Shown: in pieces, positions 37,079 to 47,667 of the stretch
Layout of the letters: each line of letters opens with the position of its first letter
Numbering within the stretch: position 1 is the stretch's first letter
Source of the DNA: Candidatus Latescibacterota bacterium
GTDB lineage: Bacteria > Latescibacterota > UBA2968 > GCA-2709665
NCBI GenBank assembly: GCA_963667175.2
Contig: CAXXXF010000006.1
Coordinates: 192,001-256,000 of the forward strand
Length of the DNA stretch: 64,000 nt
Direction of reading: 5' to 3'
The notes under the pieces: model-generated
Seen by the model: only the letters and a program-made list of their open reading frames with translations
Told to the model about the DNA's origin: nothing
Database searches by the model: none
Translations under genes and position numbers: made by a program

Positions 37079-38437
37079 TCAGACGCCATACCCCAACCTG
37101 ACCACGAACTCCGTGTCGATCCGAGCCCCTCGGAAATCCGCGTGCCGCATCGCCTTGAGATGAAAAGGAATGGTTGTCGGGATCCCCTCGATCACGAACT
37201 CCTCGAGCGCGCGGGCCATGCGCACCGTTGCTTCCTCCCGTGTGTCTCCATACGCCAGCAACTTGGCGAGGAGCGAATCGTAGTGGGAAGGCACACGATA
37301 ACCGGCATACGCATGTGAATCGATACGGATGCCCGGCCCGCCGGGCGCATGGAAGGTGCTGATTTCCCCCGCGGACGGTCGGAAGTTGTGATCGGGATCC
37401 TCCGCGTTGATGCGGCACTCGATGGCGTGCCCCGAGGGCTGTATGTCTTCCTGGGCAAACGGAAGCGGCTCGCCCGCGGCGACCCGGATCTGCGTCTTTA
37501 CCAGGTCGATGCGCGTCACCAACTCGGTAACGGGGTGCTCTACCTGAATGCGGGTGTTCATTTCAAGGAAAAAAAAGGCGCCGGACGCATCCAGCAGGAA
37601 TTCCACGGTTCCAGCACCCGTATAACCGACCGCCCTTGCGCCCGCAACGGCTTCTTCGCCCATCCGCCGGCGCAGTTCCTCGTCGACCACGGGTGAAGGA
37701 GACTCCTCGATCAGCTTCTGATGGCGCCTCTGGATGGAACACTCGCGCTCACCGAGATGCACGATATTCCCGGCCTGGTCGCCCATCACCTGGATTTCCA
37801 CGTGTCGGGGCGTCACAACTTCCTTTTCCAGATAGAGCGTGCCCGAGGTGAACGCCGCGGACGCCTCGGCCTGTGCCGCGTTCCAGGCCCGTTCGAGGCC
37901 GTCCTCCGAATTCACGGTGCGCATACCTCTGCCACCGCCTCCGGCAACGGCTTTCAAGCGAATCGGATAACCGATTTCTTCGGCGGCACGCTCCGCTTCC
38001 TCAAGGGTGTGCAATACCCCCGTCCCCGGCGCTACCGGCACGTCCGCGGCCAGCATCGTTTCCCGGGCAACGGCTTTGTCACCCATCCGGCGAATGGCCT
38101 CCGGAGACGGTCCGATGAACACGAAGCCGCAGGAAGCGCACATCTCGGCGAAATCCGCGTTTTCCGCCAATGGACCGTACCCCGGATGGATTGCATCGGC
38201 ATTGGTCACCTCGGCGGCGCTCAGAATACGCGGGATGTTCCGGTAGCTCTGATCTCCAGGAGGTGGCCCGATGCAGACGTCCTCATCGGCAACCCCGATA
38301 TGCAGCGAATTGGCATCGGCTTCCGAATGTATGGCAATTGTTCGGATGCCGAGTTCCTTGCATGCCCGGATGACACGCACGGCGATTTCGCCCCGGTCGG
38401 CAATCAGGATCTTATTGAATAAGGGAGTGGGTGACAC
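37079..38437 (-). CDS. accC: Acetyl-CoA carboxylase biotin carboxylase
   Basis: [34 protein letters not shown]; start set at GTG 38437 after accB. Confidence 0.95.
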   Translation of the reverse strand: MSPTPLFNKILIADRGEIAVRVIRACKELGIRTIAIHSEADANSLHIGVADEDVCIGPPPGDQSYRNIPRILSAAEVTNADAIHPGYGPLAENADFAEMCASCGFVFIGPSPEAIRRMGDKAVARETMLAADVPVAPGTGVLHTLEEAERAAEEIGYPIRLKAVAGGGGRGMRTVNSEDGLERAWNAAQAEASAAFTSGTLYLEKEVVTPRHVEIQVMGDQAGNIVHLGERECSIQRRHQKLIEESPSPVVDEELRRRMGEEAVAGARAVGYTGAGTVEFLLDASGAFFFLEMNTRIQVEHPVTELVTRIDLVKTQIRVAAGEPLPFAQEDIQPSGHAIECRINAEDPDHNFRPSAGEISTFHAPGGPGIRIDSHAYAGYRVPSHYDSLLAKLLAYGDTREEATVRMARALEEFVIEGIPTTIPFHLKAMRHADFRGARIDTEFVVRLGYGV

Positions 38438-38480
38438 GACTGATTCGGTGGGACGGCGGCCGGAGCCGCCGAAGAGGTGT

Positions 38481-38960
38481 TTACAGCGGCTCGATGAGGA
38501 AAAGAGGCGTATTGTATTCGACCGGATTGCCATTCTCAACAAGGACCCGGACCACCCGGCCCTTTGCATCCGCTTCGATTTCATTCATAATTTTCATGGC
38601 TTCGATGATGCAAATTGTCTGTCCGACCGACACGACGTCGCCCTCTTCCGCAAAGGGCGGCGAGTCCGGGTTGGGCGCACGATAGAACATGCCTACCATC
38701 GGCGAACTTATGCTGTGCAACCCTTCTGTCTCGTCCGGCTCGGCGGCCACAGAGATTTCGTCGGCGTCGGCTGACTGCGAAGCCGTGGATGCCTGGGAAA
38801 CCGGCTGGACCGTGGATGCGCTGATTCCCGCGGCGACTCGTATTTTTCGAAGCCCAAGCACGCCACGCTCGATTTCAATCTCACGGACCTGGTCTTCTCC
38901 GACCAGGTCGATCAGCTGCTGCAGGGTCTCCATCGACGCTTTGGAGAGTTTCACGCGCAC
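38481..38960 (-). CDS. accB: Biotin carboxyl carrier protein
   Basis: [17 protein letters not shown]. Confidence 0.95.
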   Translation of the reverse strand: MRVKLSKASMETLQQLIDLVGEDQVREIEIERGVLGLRKIRVAAGISASTVQPVSQASTASQSADADEISVAAEPDETEGLHSISSPMVGMFYRAPNPDSPPFAEEGDVVSVGQTICIIEAMKIMNEIEADAKGRVVRVLVENGNPVEYNTPLFLIEPL

Positions 38961-39104
38961 TCCTTACGAAAGAACGACGGCAGGCAACGGATGTCCGGTT
39001 TCAGCGACGCGTTACGACTCGCCAAACCGTTTCCGGGACGGTACGCCTATGGAACGGGTCACGTCGGCCCCGATGCCCCGATGCCGGGTTCCGACGATTC
39101 AGGT

Positions 39105-39662
39105 TCAAATTCGCTCGACGTACGTCTCTGTTCGGGTATCGATTTTCAAAACGTCGCCCCGTTCCACAAACAGGGGCACCTGGACCGAAGCTCCCGTTTC
39201 AAGCACGGCCGGTTTGCTTCCGCCGCTGGCGGTATCTCCACGCAACCCGGGGTCCGTTTCCGTTACTGCGAGTTCGACAAAAATCGGCAGCGCGACGCTC
39301 ACGGCGTTCTGCTCGGCGACCAGAATTTCGAGAATCTCGTTCTCTTTCAGATATTTGACCGCGTTTCCCATCACCTCGGGAGACAGTTCATACTGATCGT
39401 AGGTCTCATTATCCATAAAACAGTAGAGATCTCCGGACTGGTAGAGGAACTGCATCTTTCGCCGTTCCAGCCGAACGTCATCCACCTTGTCTCCTGAACG
39501 GAACGTCCTGTCTATCATTGCGCCCGTTTTCACACGCTTGAGGCGAGTTCGCACGACGGCAGCGCCCTTGCCTGGCTTGAAATGCTCGAATTCGACCATA
39601 TAATAGAGATCGCCGTCCAGACGCAAGACCATCCCATTTCTGAATTCAGAGGTTGAAACCAT
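39105..39662 (-). CDS. efp: Elongation factor P
   Basis: KPGKG, PGLRGDT, VQVPLFV. Confidence 0.97.
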   Translation of the reverse strand: MVSTSEFRNGMVLRLDGDLYYMVEFEHFKPGKGAAVVRTRLKRVKTGAMIDRTFRSGDKVDDVRLERRKMQFLYQSGDLYCFMDNETYDQYELSPEVMGNAVKYLKENEILEILVAEQNAVSVALPIFVELAVTETDPGLRGDTASGGSKPAVLETGASVQVPLFVERGDVLKIDTRTETYVERI

Positions 39663-39671
39663 CGTTCGGAA

Positions 39672-40418
39672 TTATCCTCCCGCCCACGCACCTTCCAATT
39701 TCTGAAGTTCCTTCAGCCGCTTCTTTATCGTCTTATTGTCCGGTTCACGCTCTCGGACCTGCGTCAGGACAGCCACTGCTTCTTCGATCAAACCCTGAGC
39801 CACGTAAAGTTCGGCAAGGGTCGAGGTAGCGATCGGTGCGATTCCGTAGCCGGCGTCGGATGACGCGGCCGGGGCCCCGGCAGAACCGCGCCGGCCCGGA
39901 AGGTCCTGCAGCAGATGTGAAAAGTCTTCACCCTGGCCCGAGACCCGCTGTGCCGTGCCACTGTCTGCGGACGCCTCGCGCCCGGACCCGATGCCGGATC
40001 CGGAAGCCGGTTCGTCATCCGTACGTACGCCGGAATCCATCTCGGCAACCAGCAGTCGGCTCATCGGATCTACCGCGAGCGCGGACTTGAAATACTGCAG
40101 CGCCCGTTCCTCGAAGCCCAGTCTTCTTTCGACCATGCCGAGCAGCCAGCAGGCGGCAGGATTGTCCTGATCCAGCACGAGCGTATCGTGAAATTCCCGG
40201 CGGGCTTCATCCAGGCGTCCCGCCGCCAGGTGACACCTACCCATGACGAGATGGCCGGTAGGGTAAAACGGGCGGTATCTGAGGCCCTCCCGGCAGATCT
40301 CCGTTGCACGGCCCACGTTTCCCGATCGCAGCATCCCGTCGGCGAGACGGGCAAACAGGATCGACGCGGGATTCTTTCCGCATATTCGTTCAAGCTGTGC
40401 AATAGATGTGGCCGTCAT
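39672..40418 (-). CDS. Tetratricopeptide repeat protein
   Basis: TPR-like helices; C-terminal ATSTLAELYVAQG. Confidence 0.75.
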   Translation of the reverse strand: MTATSIAQLERICGKNPASILFARLADGMLRSGNVGRATEICREGLRYRPFYPTGHLVMGRCHLAAGRLDEARREFHDTLVLDQDNPAACWLLGMVERRLGFEERALQYFKSALAVDPMSRLLVAEMDSGVRTDDEPASGSGIGSGREASADSGTAQRVSGQGEDFSHLLQDLPGRRGSAGAPAASSDAGYGIAPIATSTLAELYVAQGLIEEAVAVLTQVREREPDNKTIKKRLKELQKLEGAWAGG

Positions 40419-40448
40419 CGTCTCACCACCCCGTCTGAACCGGATCGA

Positions 40449-40477
40449 AGTATAGGAAAAAGCCCGATGCTTGTCAA
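40449..40477 (-). promoter_or_regulatory. sigma70 promoter for TPR-efp-accBC
   Basis: TTGACA-17 nt-TATACT. Confidence 0.65.
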
Positions 40478-40713
40478 GGCCGCGACAATGCGCCCGTCCC
40501 TCGACCTCCGCGCCGTGCGAACAGGCGCGTTTCAGTACCGCGGCAAAATGCCGCGACAGGGTTCAACGATGCTGCAATCCGGTTTTACCCAGCGCCCGGC
40601 CGCCGGGCCGGATTTGTCCTGGAATTGGCTTGTGTGAATTTGGGCGATGTGCTATATTCAAAGCCGTTTCAGGCGCATTTTCGAGCCTGCTCCGTCCGCT
40701 CCGGGAGGCGGCT

Positions 40714-41235
40714 ATGGAACTCATCAAGCTGTTTGTCTCGTTCACGAAAGTCGGGTTTTTTGCGTACGGGGGCGGGCCGTCGATGATTCCGCTGGTACAG
40801 GAGGAAGTCGTCGACGTGCACGGTTGGATGACCATCGAAGAGTTCACCGACGCGCTCGCGATGGGCTACGCCCTTCCAGGCCCGATCGCGACGAAAATGG
40901 CCGCGTACATCGGTTACCAGGTCGCACAGACACCCGGTCTGGTCGTCGCTCTTTTCGGAACGGTCTTTCCCTCCCTCGTCCTGATGATGATTCTGGGTCT
41001 TTTCTTCATGGCCTATAAGGGGGCGCCCGCAATCCAGGCAATGCTCAAGGCCGTCCGGCCGGCGGTCGTCGGCCTCCTTCTCGTCGTGGTCTGGCAGATG
41101 GCGCCCAAGTCTGTGAGTTCATGGCACACGGGGCTGGTCGCCATCGCGGCTTTTGTCGCGATCCATTTCCTGAACCTTCATCCGGCGGTCGCGATTGTTG
41201 GCGCCGCGGTTCTGGGCCTGGCTGTTTACCGCTAA
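40714..41235 (+). CDS. Short-chain chromate transporter (CHR family)
   Basis: GFFAYGGG, LPGPIA. Confidence 0.88.
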   Translation: MELIKLFVSFTKVGFFAYGGGPSMIPLVQEEVVDVHGWMTIEEFTDALAMGYALPGPIATKMAAYIGYQVAQTPGLVVALFGTVFPSLVLMMILGLFFMAYKGAPAIQAMLKAVRPAVVGLLLVVVWQMAPKSVSSWHTGLVAIAAFVAIHFLNLHPAVAIVGAAVLGLAVYR

Positions 41236-41277
41236 CAATACGACACCCGCAACGCCTTCGAGGGAGCTCGTCTTCGA

Positions 41278-42306
41278 ATGAAGGACTACTCGAGTATTGA
41301 GCGCAAAGCGCTGAAGAACAGATGTTTATCCAATCAGGAGATGTTGGCGGTGCTCGATACGCCAAACGAAGACCTGCTCCTCCTGATCCACGCGGCCTAC
41401 CGCGTTCGCCACCGATATTTCGGAAACGGAGTCCGGCTTCACGTGCTGCAGAACGCCAAGAGCGGACTGTGTCCGGAAGATTGCGCCTACTGTTCCCAAT
41501 CCGCGGTATCCACGGCGGGCATCCGCAAATATCCGCTGTTGCCGAGAGAACAGATCCTTGACGGCGCGAGAAAGGCCAAGGCGGGCAGGGCATTGCGCTA
41601 TTGCATCGTCACCAGCGGAAGAGGCCCGACCGACAGAGAGGTGGAAGCCGTTGCGGACGTCGTGCGCGAGGTCAAACGGACCGTCGACATCGACATCTGC
41701 TGCTGTATGGGGCTGCTGAACGAAGCGCAGGCCAGAACGTTGAAAGCAGCCGGTGTGGACCGGATCAATCACAACCTCAACACGAGCGCCGAACACCACG
41801 CCGATATCGTGACCACCCACACGTACTCGGACCGTTTGAATACCCTCGAGGCCGTCAGGGCCGCTGGCCTCGAGACCTGCTGCGGCGGAATTATCGGGAT
41901 GGGAGAGTCCAGGCGGGACATCGTCGACCTGGCCGTGGCCTTACGGGAACTCGACGTCGATTCGATTCCCGTCAATTTTCTGCATCCCATCGAAGGCACC
42001 CCACTGGCCGGGCGGAAGCCGACGTCGCCGCAGGATGGCCTGAAGGCCCTCTGCCTGTTCCGTTTCGTCAATCCGAACAAGGAAATCCGCATCGCCGGCG
42101 GGCGCGAATTCACGCTCCGATCCCTCCAGGCCCTTGCTCTGTATCCCGCGAACTCCGTCTTTATGGAAGGATATCTGACCACCGGAGGACAATCGACGTC
42201 AGAGACCCATCGTCTTATCGAGGATATGGGATTCGAAGTCGAAGAAAAGCGGCGATCTGAAACCGGATCGGACGCGCCCGTATACGCCGAGGATGCAGGC
42301 TCCTGA
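41278..42306 (+). CDS. bioB: Biotin synthase
   Basis: CPEDCAYCSQS, NHNLNT, SIPVNFL, IRIAGGRE. Confidence 0.96.
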   Translation: MKDYSSIERKALKNRCLSNQEMLAVLDTPNEDLLLLIHAAYRVRHRYFGNGVRLHVLQNAKSGLCPEDCAYCSQSAVSTAGIRKYPLLPREQILDGARKAKAGRALRYCIVTSGRGPTDREVEAVADVVREVKRTVDIDICCCMGLLNEAQARTLKAAGVDRINHNLNTSAEHHADIVTTHTYSDRLNTLEAVRAAGLETCCGGIIGMGESRRDIVDLAVALRELDVDSIPVNFLHPIEGTPLAGRKPTSPQDGLKALCLFRFVNPNKEIRIAGGREFTLRSLQALALYPANSVFMEGYLTTGGQSTSETHRLIEDMGFEVEEKRRSETGSDAPVYAEDAGS

Positions 42307-42321
42307 CACCTCTACCAACCC

Positions 42322-44202
42322 ATGTGGACCTACGATAAACACTACGACGTCATCGTTGTCGGCGCGGGGCACGCCGGGGCCGAGGCCGCGCTGGCAGGCG
42401 CGCGCATGGGGTGCAGCACCCTGCTGCTGACGATGAATCTGGATACGGTCGCCCAGATGTCCTGCAATCCGGCGGTTGGAGGTATCGCGAAGGGCCATAT
42501 GGTGCGTGAGATCGATGCTTTGGGCGGTGAAATGGCGCAGAACATCGACGCAACGGGTCTGCAGTTCCGTCTGCTGAATCGGAGCAAGGGGCCGGCCGTG
42601 CAGGCCCCCCGTGCGCAGGCCGACAAGAAGGCGTATCAGTTCCGCATGAAATACGTCGTGGAGAGTCAGCCGAATCTGGACCTCAAGCAGGGCCTCATCG
42701 AAGACCTGCTGGTAGACGAGGGACGCATAACGGGCATCCTCACCAGGTCCCGCACGATATTCCTGGGGCGGACGGTCATCCTGACCACGGGCACGTTCCT
42801 CAGGGGCCTGATCCACGTCGGTGACCGGTCGCACAGTGCCGGGCGGGCCGGGGAGCAATCCGCGGAACGGGCATCGGGCGGGCTTCAGCGCTTGGGGTTT
42901 GAGCTGGGCAGATTGAAGACAGGGACGCCGCCGCGGATCAATGCGCGCAGCGTCGATTACAGCGCTATGGACATCCAGCCCGGAGACGAGCATCCGTGCC
43001 CCTTCTCCTACCGGACCGAGGCCATCACGCAGGAACAGCTCAATTGCCACATAACCTGCACCACTCCGGCCACGCACGAGATCATCCGCCGGAACCTGGA
43101 TCGCTCGGCGATGTACAGCGGACGTATCCGGTCCGTGGGTCCACGATACTGCCCTTCGATCGAAGACAAAGTCGTCAGATTCGCAGACAGGCAAAAACAC
43201 CAGCTCTTTGTGGAGCCGGAAGGTTACGACACCCTGGAAGTCTACCTCAACGGGCTCTCAATGAGCCTTCCCGAAGACGTCCAGGTCGAGGTTGTCCGCA
43301 GCGTTCCCGGCCTGGAAAAAGCGGAAATCATGCGGCCGGGCTATGCTGTCGAATACGACTATGTCCCGCCTACGCAGATCCTTCCCACCCTGGAAACCAA
43401 ACCGGTCCGGCGGCTGTATTTCGCGGGTCAAATCAACGGCACCACGGGCTACGAGGAAGCGGCCGGACAGGGTCTGATGGCGGGCGTCAATGCCGCATTG
43501 CGCGTCCGCAACGAAGACGCGCTCGTTCTGGACCGCGCCCAGGCCTATATAGGCGTACTGATCGACGACCTCACGACCAAGGGTACCGATGAGCCGTACC
43601 GGATGTTCACGTCACTGGCGGAGTACCGACTGCTGCTGAGACACGACAACGCCGACCTTCGCCTGACCGAAATCGGCCGCAAGATCGGGCTGATTTCCGA
43701 CAGTGCGTACAACTCCTACAGACGTCGCACGGAAGCGATCGCCGCCGAACAGCGCCGCCTGAGAAGGGTAAGAGTCAAGCCATCGAGCCGGGTTCAGCAG
43801 TACCTTCGGGAAGCGGGTACAACCCCTCTCGCTCAGGCCGCGCCGCTGATCGACCTGTTGCGCCGACCCCAGCTCGACTATCGGTTTGTGCAGGACGTGG
43901 CGCCGCCTCCCGAACCGCTGCCTCCCGACGTATGCCAATCCGTTGAGGTGGAACTCAAGTACGAAGGGTACATCCGACGGCAGGAAACGCAGGTTGCCAG
44001 GTTTCAGGATCTGGAGGCAAGGCGTCTTCCCGAAGACATCAACTACCTGGACCTTCCCGCCATCTCCCGCGAAGCCGCCGAAAAGCTCTCGCTGGTACGC
44101 CCCCGCTCCCTGGGTCAGGCGTCCCGAATTCCGGGCGTTTCACCCGCGGACATTTCCGCCCTGCAGGTCATCCTGAGAGCCCGTGCCCGAGGCGCGGCAT
44201 GA
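42322..44202 (+). CDS. mnmG: tRNA uridine-5-carboxymethylaminomethyl modification enzyme
   Basis: GAGHAG, MSCNPAVGG, GPRYCPSIEDK, AGQINGTTGYEEAA. Confidence 0.98.
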   Translation: MWTYDKHYDVIVVGAGHAGAEAALAGARMGCSTLLLTMNLDTVAQMSCNPAVGGIAKGHMVREIDALGGEMAQNIDATGLQFRLLNRSKGPAVQAPRAQADKKAYQFRMKYVVESQPNLDLKQGLIEDLLVDEGRITGILTRSRTIFLGRTVILTTGTFLRGLIHVGDRSHSAGRAGEQSAERASGGLQRLGFELGRLKTGTPPRINARSVDYSAMDIQPGDEHPCPFSYRTEAITQEQLNCHITCTTPATHEIIRRNLDRSAMYSGRIRSVGPRYCPSIEDKVVRFADRQKHQLFVEPEGYDTLEVYLNGLSMSLPEDVQVEVVRSVPGLEKAEIMRPGYAVEYDYVPPTQILPTLETKPVRRLYFAGQINGTTGYEEAAGQGLMAGVNAALRVRNEDALVLDRAQAYIGVLIDDLTTKGTDEPYRMFTSLAEYRLLLRHDNADLRLTEIGRKIGLISDSAYNSYRRRTEAIAAEQRRLRRVRVKPSSRVQQYLREAGTTPLAQAAPLIDLLRRPQLDYRFVQDVAPPPEPLPPDVCQSVEVELKYEGYIRRQETQVARFQDLEARRLPEDINYLDLPAISREAAEKLSLVRPRSLGQASRIPGVSPADISALQVILRARARGAA

Positions 44203-45059
44203 CGATTGGCGCGACGCAGGTACAGGCCATTCTCTCGCTGCTGGCCGACCGTGACGCCGAGATCGTTGACATCGTCCGGAACAAAATGTTCAACATGGGC
44301 GAGCCGGTTGTCCGAATGATTCTGGATGCGGCGCCGAAAGGGTCGCCTGCGCAACGGGAAGCGGGCAGGATTCTGTTGTGCCTTAAGGATCCTCCGCTGG
44401 AGACACAGATTCGGAATCTGCAGGAGAGCCCCGCAGGCGACGTCGACCTGGAAACAGCGTCGTTTACCCTGGCCAAGCTCGCGTATCCCGCCATCGACGT
44501 CCGGCAGTACCGAAGTCGGCTCAACAAGATGGCGGGCGACCTGGCACTCTCGATCGCCCCCGACGACCATCCGCTTCGGGTGATTCAGACCCTGAACCAA
44601 TACATCTTCGAGTCACAGGGATTCCGAGGCCACAAAAACGAACCCGTCGGTCCCGACGCCAGTTACATGAACCGGGTTCTGGATCGGAAGACGGGCCTTC
44701 CCATCTCGATATCGGCGCTATACATTTTTCTGGCCCGCCGGCTTGATCTTCCGATCTTCGGTGTGAGTATGCCCATACACTTTATCGCAAAGTACAAGTC
44801 GACCGACGGCATGGTGTACCTGTTCGATCCCTTCAACAAGGGGAGGCTCATGACCGCAAATGAATGCGCGGAATTCCTCTCGCGGTTCGACGTGGCATTC
44901 GAGCCAACCATGCTGCGCCAGTCATCCGACCGGCAGATTCTTACGCGTATGATGCTCAACCTCTGCGCCGCCTACAGAAATCAAGAAGACACGCGAAGGG
45001 TCGACTCGCTCCGGCGTCTGGTTCGGATTCTGCTCAAGCGTTCTCCGTTGCAGGAGTAA
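44199..45059 (+). CDS. SirB1/transglutaminase-like protein
   Basis: VLDRKTGLPIS, GVSMPIHF, FDPFNKG, IL.RM..NL. Confidence 0.8.
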   Translation: MTIGATQVQAILSLLADRDAEIVDIVRNKMFNMGEPVVRMILDAAPKGSPAQREAGRILLCLKDPPLETQIRNLQESPAGDVDLETASFTLAKLAYPAIDVRQYRSRLNKMAGDLALSIAPDDHPLRVIQTLNQYIFESQGFRGHKNEPVGPDASYMNRVLDRKTGLPISISALYIFLARRLDLPIFGVSMPIHFIAKYKSTDGMVYLFDPFNKGRLMTANECAEFLSRFDVAFEPTMLRQSSDRQILTRMMLNLCAAYRNQEDTRRVDSLRRLVRILLKRSPLQE

Positions 45060-45138
45060 CCGATTCCTTCAGTTCCGGATTATCCGGCCGGACGTTCCCG
45101 AATCGAAGGGAGCCCGCGTCCGTCGCAGTGCTCGCCTC

Positions 45139-45612
45139 ATGTCAGAAAACATCAGAATTGTCGCGAAGAACCGCAAAGCCGGACGAGACTATTTTTTCGT
45201 TGACGGCTACGAAGCCGGTATCGAGCTCAAAGGCACTGAGGTGAAGTCGCTGCGCCTCGGCAACGCAAGTATGGCGGACTGCTATGCTCGCGTGGAAGAC
45301 GGCGAGGTCTACCTGCACAACCTCCACGTCGGTGAATACACCGAGGCCAACCGCTTCAATCACGATCCTGTCCGCAAACGCCGGCTGCTGCTTCACAGAT
45401 ACGAAATCGACCGGCTTAGGGTCCGTACCGAAGAAAAGGGGCTGACACTGGTCGCCGTAAGGCTCTACTTCAAACGCGGCAGAGCCAAGGTCGAACTTGC
45501 CCTCGCCAGGGGCAAACGCGAATACGACCGACGCCGCGAGATTTCCAAACGCGACGTACAACGTGAGATGCGACGAGAACTCAAGGCACGGCAACCCGGA
45601 TCCGGAGGCTAG
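45139..45612 (+). CDS. smpB: SsrA-binding protein
   Basis: NRKA, EAGIELKGTEVKSLR, LARGKREYD. Confidence 0.97.
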   Translation: MSENIRIVAKNRKAGRDYFFVDGYEAGIELKGTEVKSLRLGNASMADCYARVEDGEVYLHNLHVGEYTEANRFNHDPVRKRRLLLHRYEIDRLRVRTEEKGLTLVAVRLYFKRGRAKVELALARGKREYDRRREISKRDVQREMRRELKARQPGSGG

Positions 45613-45633
45613 CCGGCTCTGTCGTGAACGTCC

Positions 45634-45783
45634 ATGAATGATGTGGCGTTGGGTTTTATCTCCAACCCCCGGGAAGAGAATCAGATGCGGAAACCGCCGT
45701 TTCAGCGTGACATGGCCGAAGCGATCTTCAGGGGCATACGAAACTTCAAACACCGATATGAGCGACAACTCACCCGGAACTGA
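45634..45783 (+). pseudogene. C-terminal remnant of N-acetylmuramoyl-L-alanine amidase (Amidase_3)
   Basis: Manual translation ...LGFISNPREENQMRKPPFQRDMAEAIFRGIRNF*; only about 49 aa. Confidence 0.65.
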
Positions 45784-45790
45784 TCCGTCG

Positions 45791-46651
45791 ATGCGAATCG
45801 AGCTTCCCCGCAACGACCCGGGATACTACTATGATCCCAGGGTCACGGCCGGTCTCCACGGAGAAATCAGACTCTCTCCCAGGGTCGAGCGGCATTGCCG
45901 GTGTGGCGGCAAGCCTCCGTATCAGACGTTTCAACGGCCGGACGCCAGGCCGGCCTGGTGTCCATGTCGGCGCTACCGGATGCAAATACACGAGATCAAC
46001 CGGCTGATCGGAAACTCCGGCGTTCCCGGGCCGTTTCGATATAAATTCCTGGACGATTTCTACGAGAGTTACGATGGAAAACCGATTGGGGGCGCGAAAC
46101 AGCTCAAACGCCAGTTACGCAGCCTCATCGGGAAAGTCCGCAATTCGAACACATCGCCCGATAAGGACGCACAGGCGGTTGCCGTCCAACCGATAAGGGG
46201 GTACTTTCTCACGGGCAAGCCCGGTGTCGGAAAGACCTACTTCTCATATGTCGCGCTCAACGAGCTCATCTTTCACTCGGGGCGCCCAGGGAAATTCATC
46301 AGCCTGTCAAAAGCATTCTTCCAGACGCTTCGATTCGCGTTTGATGAAAGCAGTCCCATGCACGGTAAGTCCGAGGCTTTCTTGCGTACCCTCGGAAACA
46401 TTCCATTTCTGGTCATCGACGACTTCGGCGTGCAGCGAAATACGGAATGGGAGCTGGAAATGCTCTACAACCTGGTGGATACGCGATATGCAAACCGGCG
46501 ATTCACGATTGTAACCACCAACCAGGACATTGAGAACGTGAGAGACCTGGCTGAAGGCAGGCTCTATTCGAGATTTATCGAAATGTGTTACGTCATCCGC
46601 ATCACTGCGTCGGACTTCCGGGAACACGCCCGGAAGGAATTCGAAATATGA
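45791..46651 (+). CDS. DnaC/IstB-like AAA+ ATPase
   Basis: CxC...CPC zinc motif, GKPGVGKT, LVIDDFG, TIVTTN, RLYSR. Confidence 0.82.
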   Translation: MRIELPRNDPGYYYDPRVTAGLHGEIRLSPRVERHCRCGGKPPYQTFQRPDARPAWCPCRRYRMQIHEINRLIGNSGVPGPFRYKFLDDFYESYDGKPIGGAKQLKRQLRSLIGKVRNSNTSPDKDAQAVAVQPIRGYFLTGKPGVGKTYFSYVALNELIFHSGRPGKFISLSKAFFQTLRFAFDESSPMHGKSEAFLRTLGNIPFLVIDDFGVQRNTEWELEMLYNLVDTRYANRRFTIVTTNQDIENVRDLAEGRLYSRFIEMCYVIRITASDFREHARKEFEI

Positions 46652-46724
46652 GATCCGTGTTCGCGCGTGGTCGGTTCGTCAGACCAAAAAACCGTTTCGA
46701 AGGATTCAACTCAGGTACAGGCTT

Positions 46725-47318
46725 GTGACGTCGCGCGTGGTGGTCGCCACGAAAAATCCCGGCAAGCTCAGAGAGATCCGTGAAATACTGGGTTCGAAAG
46801 TCCGGCTTCTTACTCTGGCCGACTTCCCTGACATCGGGGAAATTGTGGAGGACGGCAGGACTTTCGAGGCCAACGCCAAAAAAAAAGCGCTTTCAGTCGC
46901 CTTGCGTACAGGCCGCGTCTCTCTCGCCGACGACTCGGGCCTGGAGGTTGACGCGCTCGATGGGGCGCCGGGTGTTTACTCCGCGCGATTCGCGGGCGAA
47001 GAAGCCACCGACGAGCAGAACAACGGCAAGCTTCTCAGGCTTCTCGAAGACACACCGGACGCGGAACGTACGGCCCGTTTCCGATGCGTAATCGCTGTCG
47101 GCGCGCCAGACGGCGCCGTCCGGACGGCCGAGGGCACGGCCGAGGGGAGGATTCTTAGGGGCCCGCGTGGAACAGGCGGATTCGGGTACGATTCCCTGTT
47201 TCTGGCTTCCTCGGTCGGGCGGACGTTTGCCGAATTGCCGCCGGAAGAAAAAAACAGGCTCAGTCATCGGGGAAACGCCTTGAGGACGGCGCTTCCTCTC
47301 TTGCGGAAGAACCTCTGA
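46725..47318 (+). CDS. rdgB: dITP/XTP pyrophosphatase
   Basis: ATKNPGK, DDSGL, GFGYD, SHRG. Confidence 0.95.
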   Translation: MTSRVVVATKNPGKLREIREILGSKVRLLTLADFPDIGEIVEDGRTFEANAKKKALSVALRTGRVSLADDSGLEVDALDGAPGVYSARFAGEEATDEQNNGKLLRLLEDTPDAERTARFRCVIAVGAPDGAVRTAEGTAEGRILRGPRGTGGFGYDSLFLASSVGRTFAELPPEEKNRLSHRGNALRTALPLLRKNL

Positions 47319-47362
47319 ATCGGAAGTATCGAAGGCCAGGCGCGGCGACTGGCCCGCCGCTT

Positions 47363-47450
47363 TAAAGTCCGTTGAATAAGCCGCCCTGCGGGCGAGGCCG
47401 AGTCATTGTGGCCGGACGCAGCACGGATGGGCATTTTCAACGGGCTGTCA
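47363..47450. repeat. MITE-like repeat, copy D (both inverted ends present)
   Basis: AAAGTCCGTTGAATAAG...GGCGAGGCCGAGTCATTGTGGCCG...TTTTCAACGGGCTGTCA. Confidence 0.7.
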
Positions 47451-47663
47451 ATCCGTTTCCGATTTGTCGACGTTTGAGCGGCGTTGATACCGCCTCACCC
47501 GCCGCGCGAAGATCCAGACCAGCCCCACCACCGCCAGGTATTTCAAACCTTCCCACACCCACCCCTCCCATCCAAGAATCACCGGCCAGAGCGCGAATAT
47601 CGACAGCAGGATGAACAAGTCCTCCAGCGCAACCCAGATGCGGCGTTCGTTGCCGCTTGACAT
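47448..47663 (-). CDS. Small two-helix membrane protein
   Basis: Two hydrophobic segments, GGAGG RBS, 4 bp after the SLT gene. Confidence 0.65.
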   Translation of the reverse strand: MSSGNERRIWVALEDLFILLSIFALWPVILGWEGWVWEGLKYLAVVGLVWIFARRVRRYQRRSNVDKSETD

Positions 47664-47667
47664 GGAT

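Noticed and set aside
38390-38410. AccC ADRGE instead of the usual ANRGE
   Set aside because: Single substitution in an otherwise canonical enzyme; insufficient to claim altered function
45612-45790. tmRNA (ssrA) next to smpB
   Set aside because: No GGGG 5' end or tRNA-like 3' end; the sequence reads as an amidase remnant
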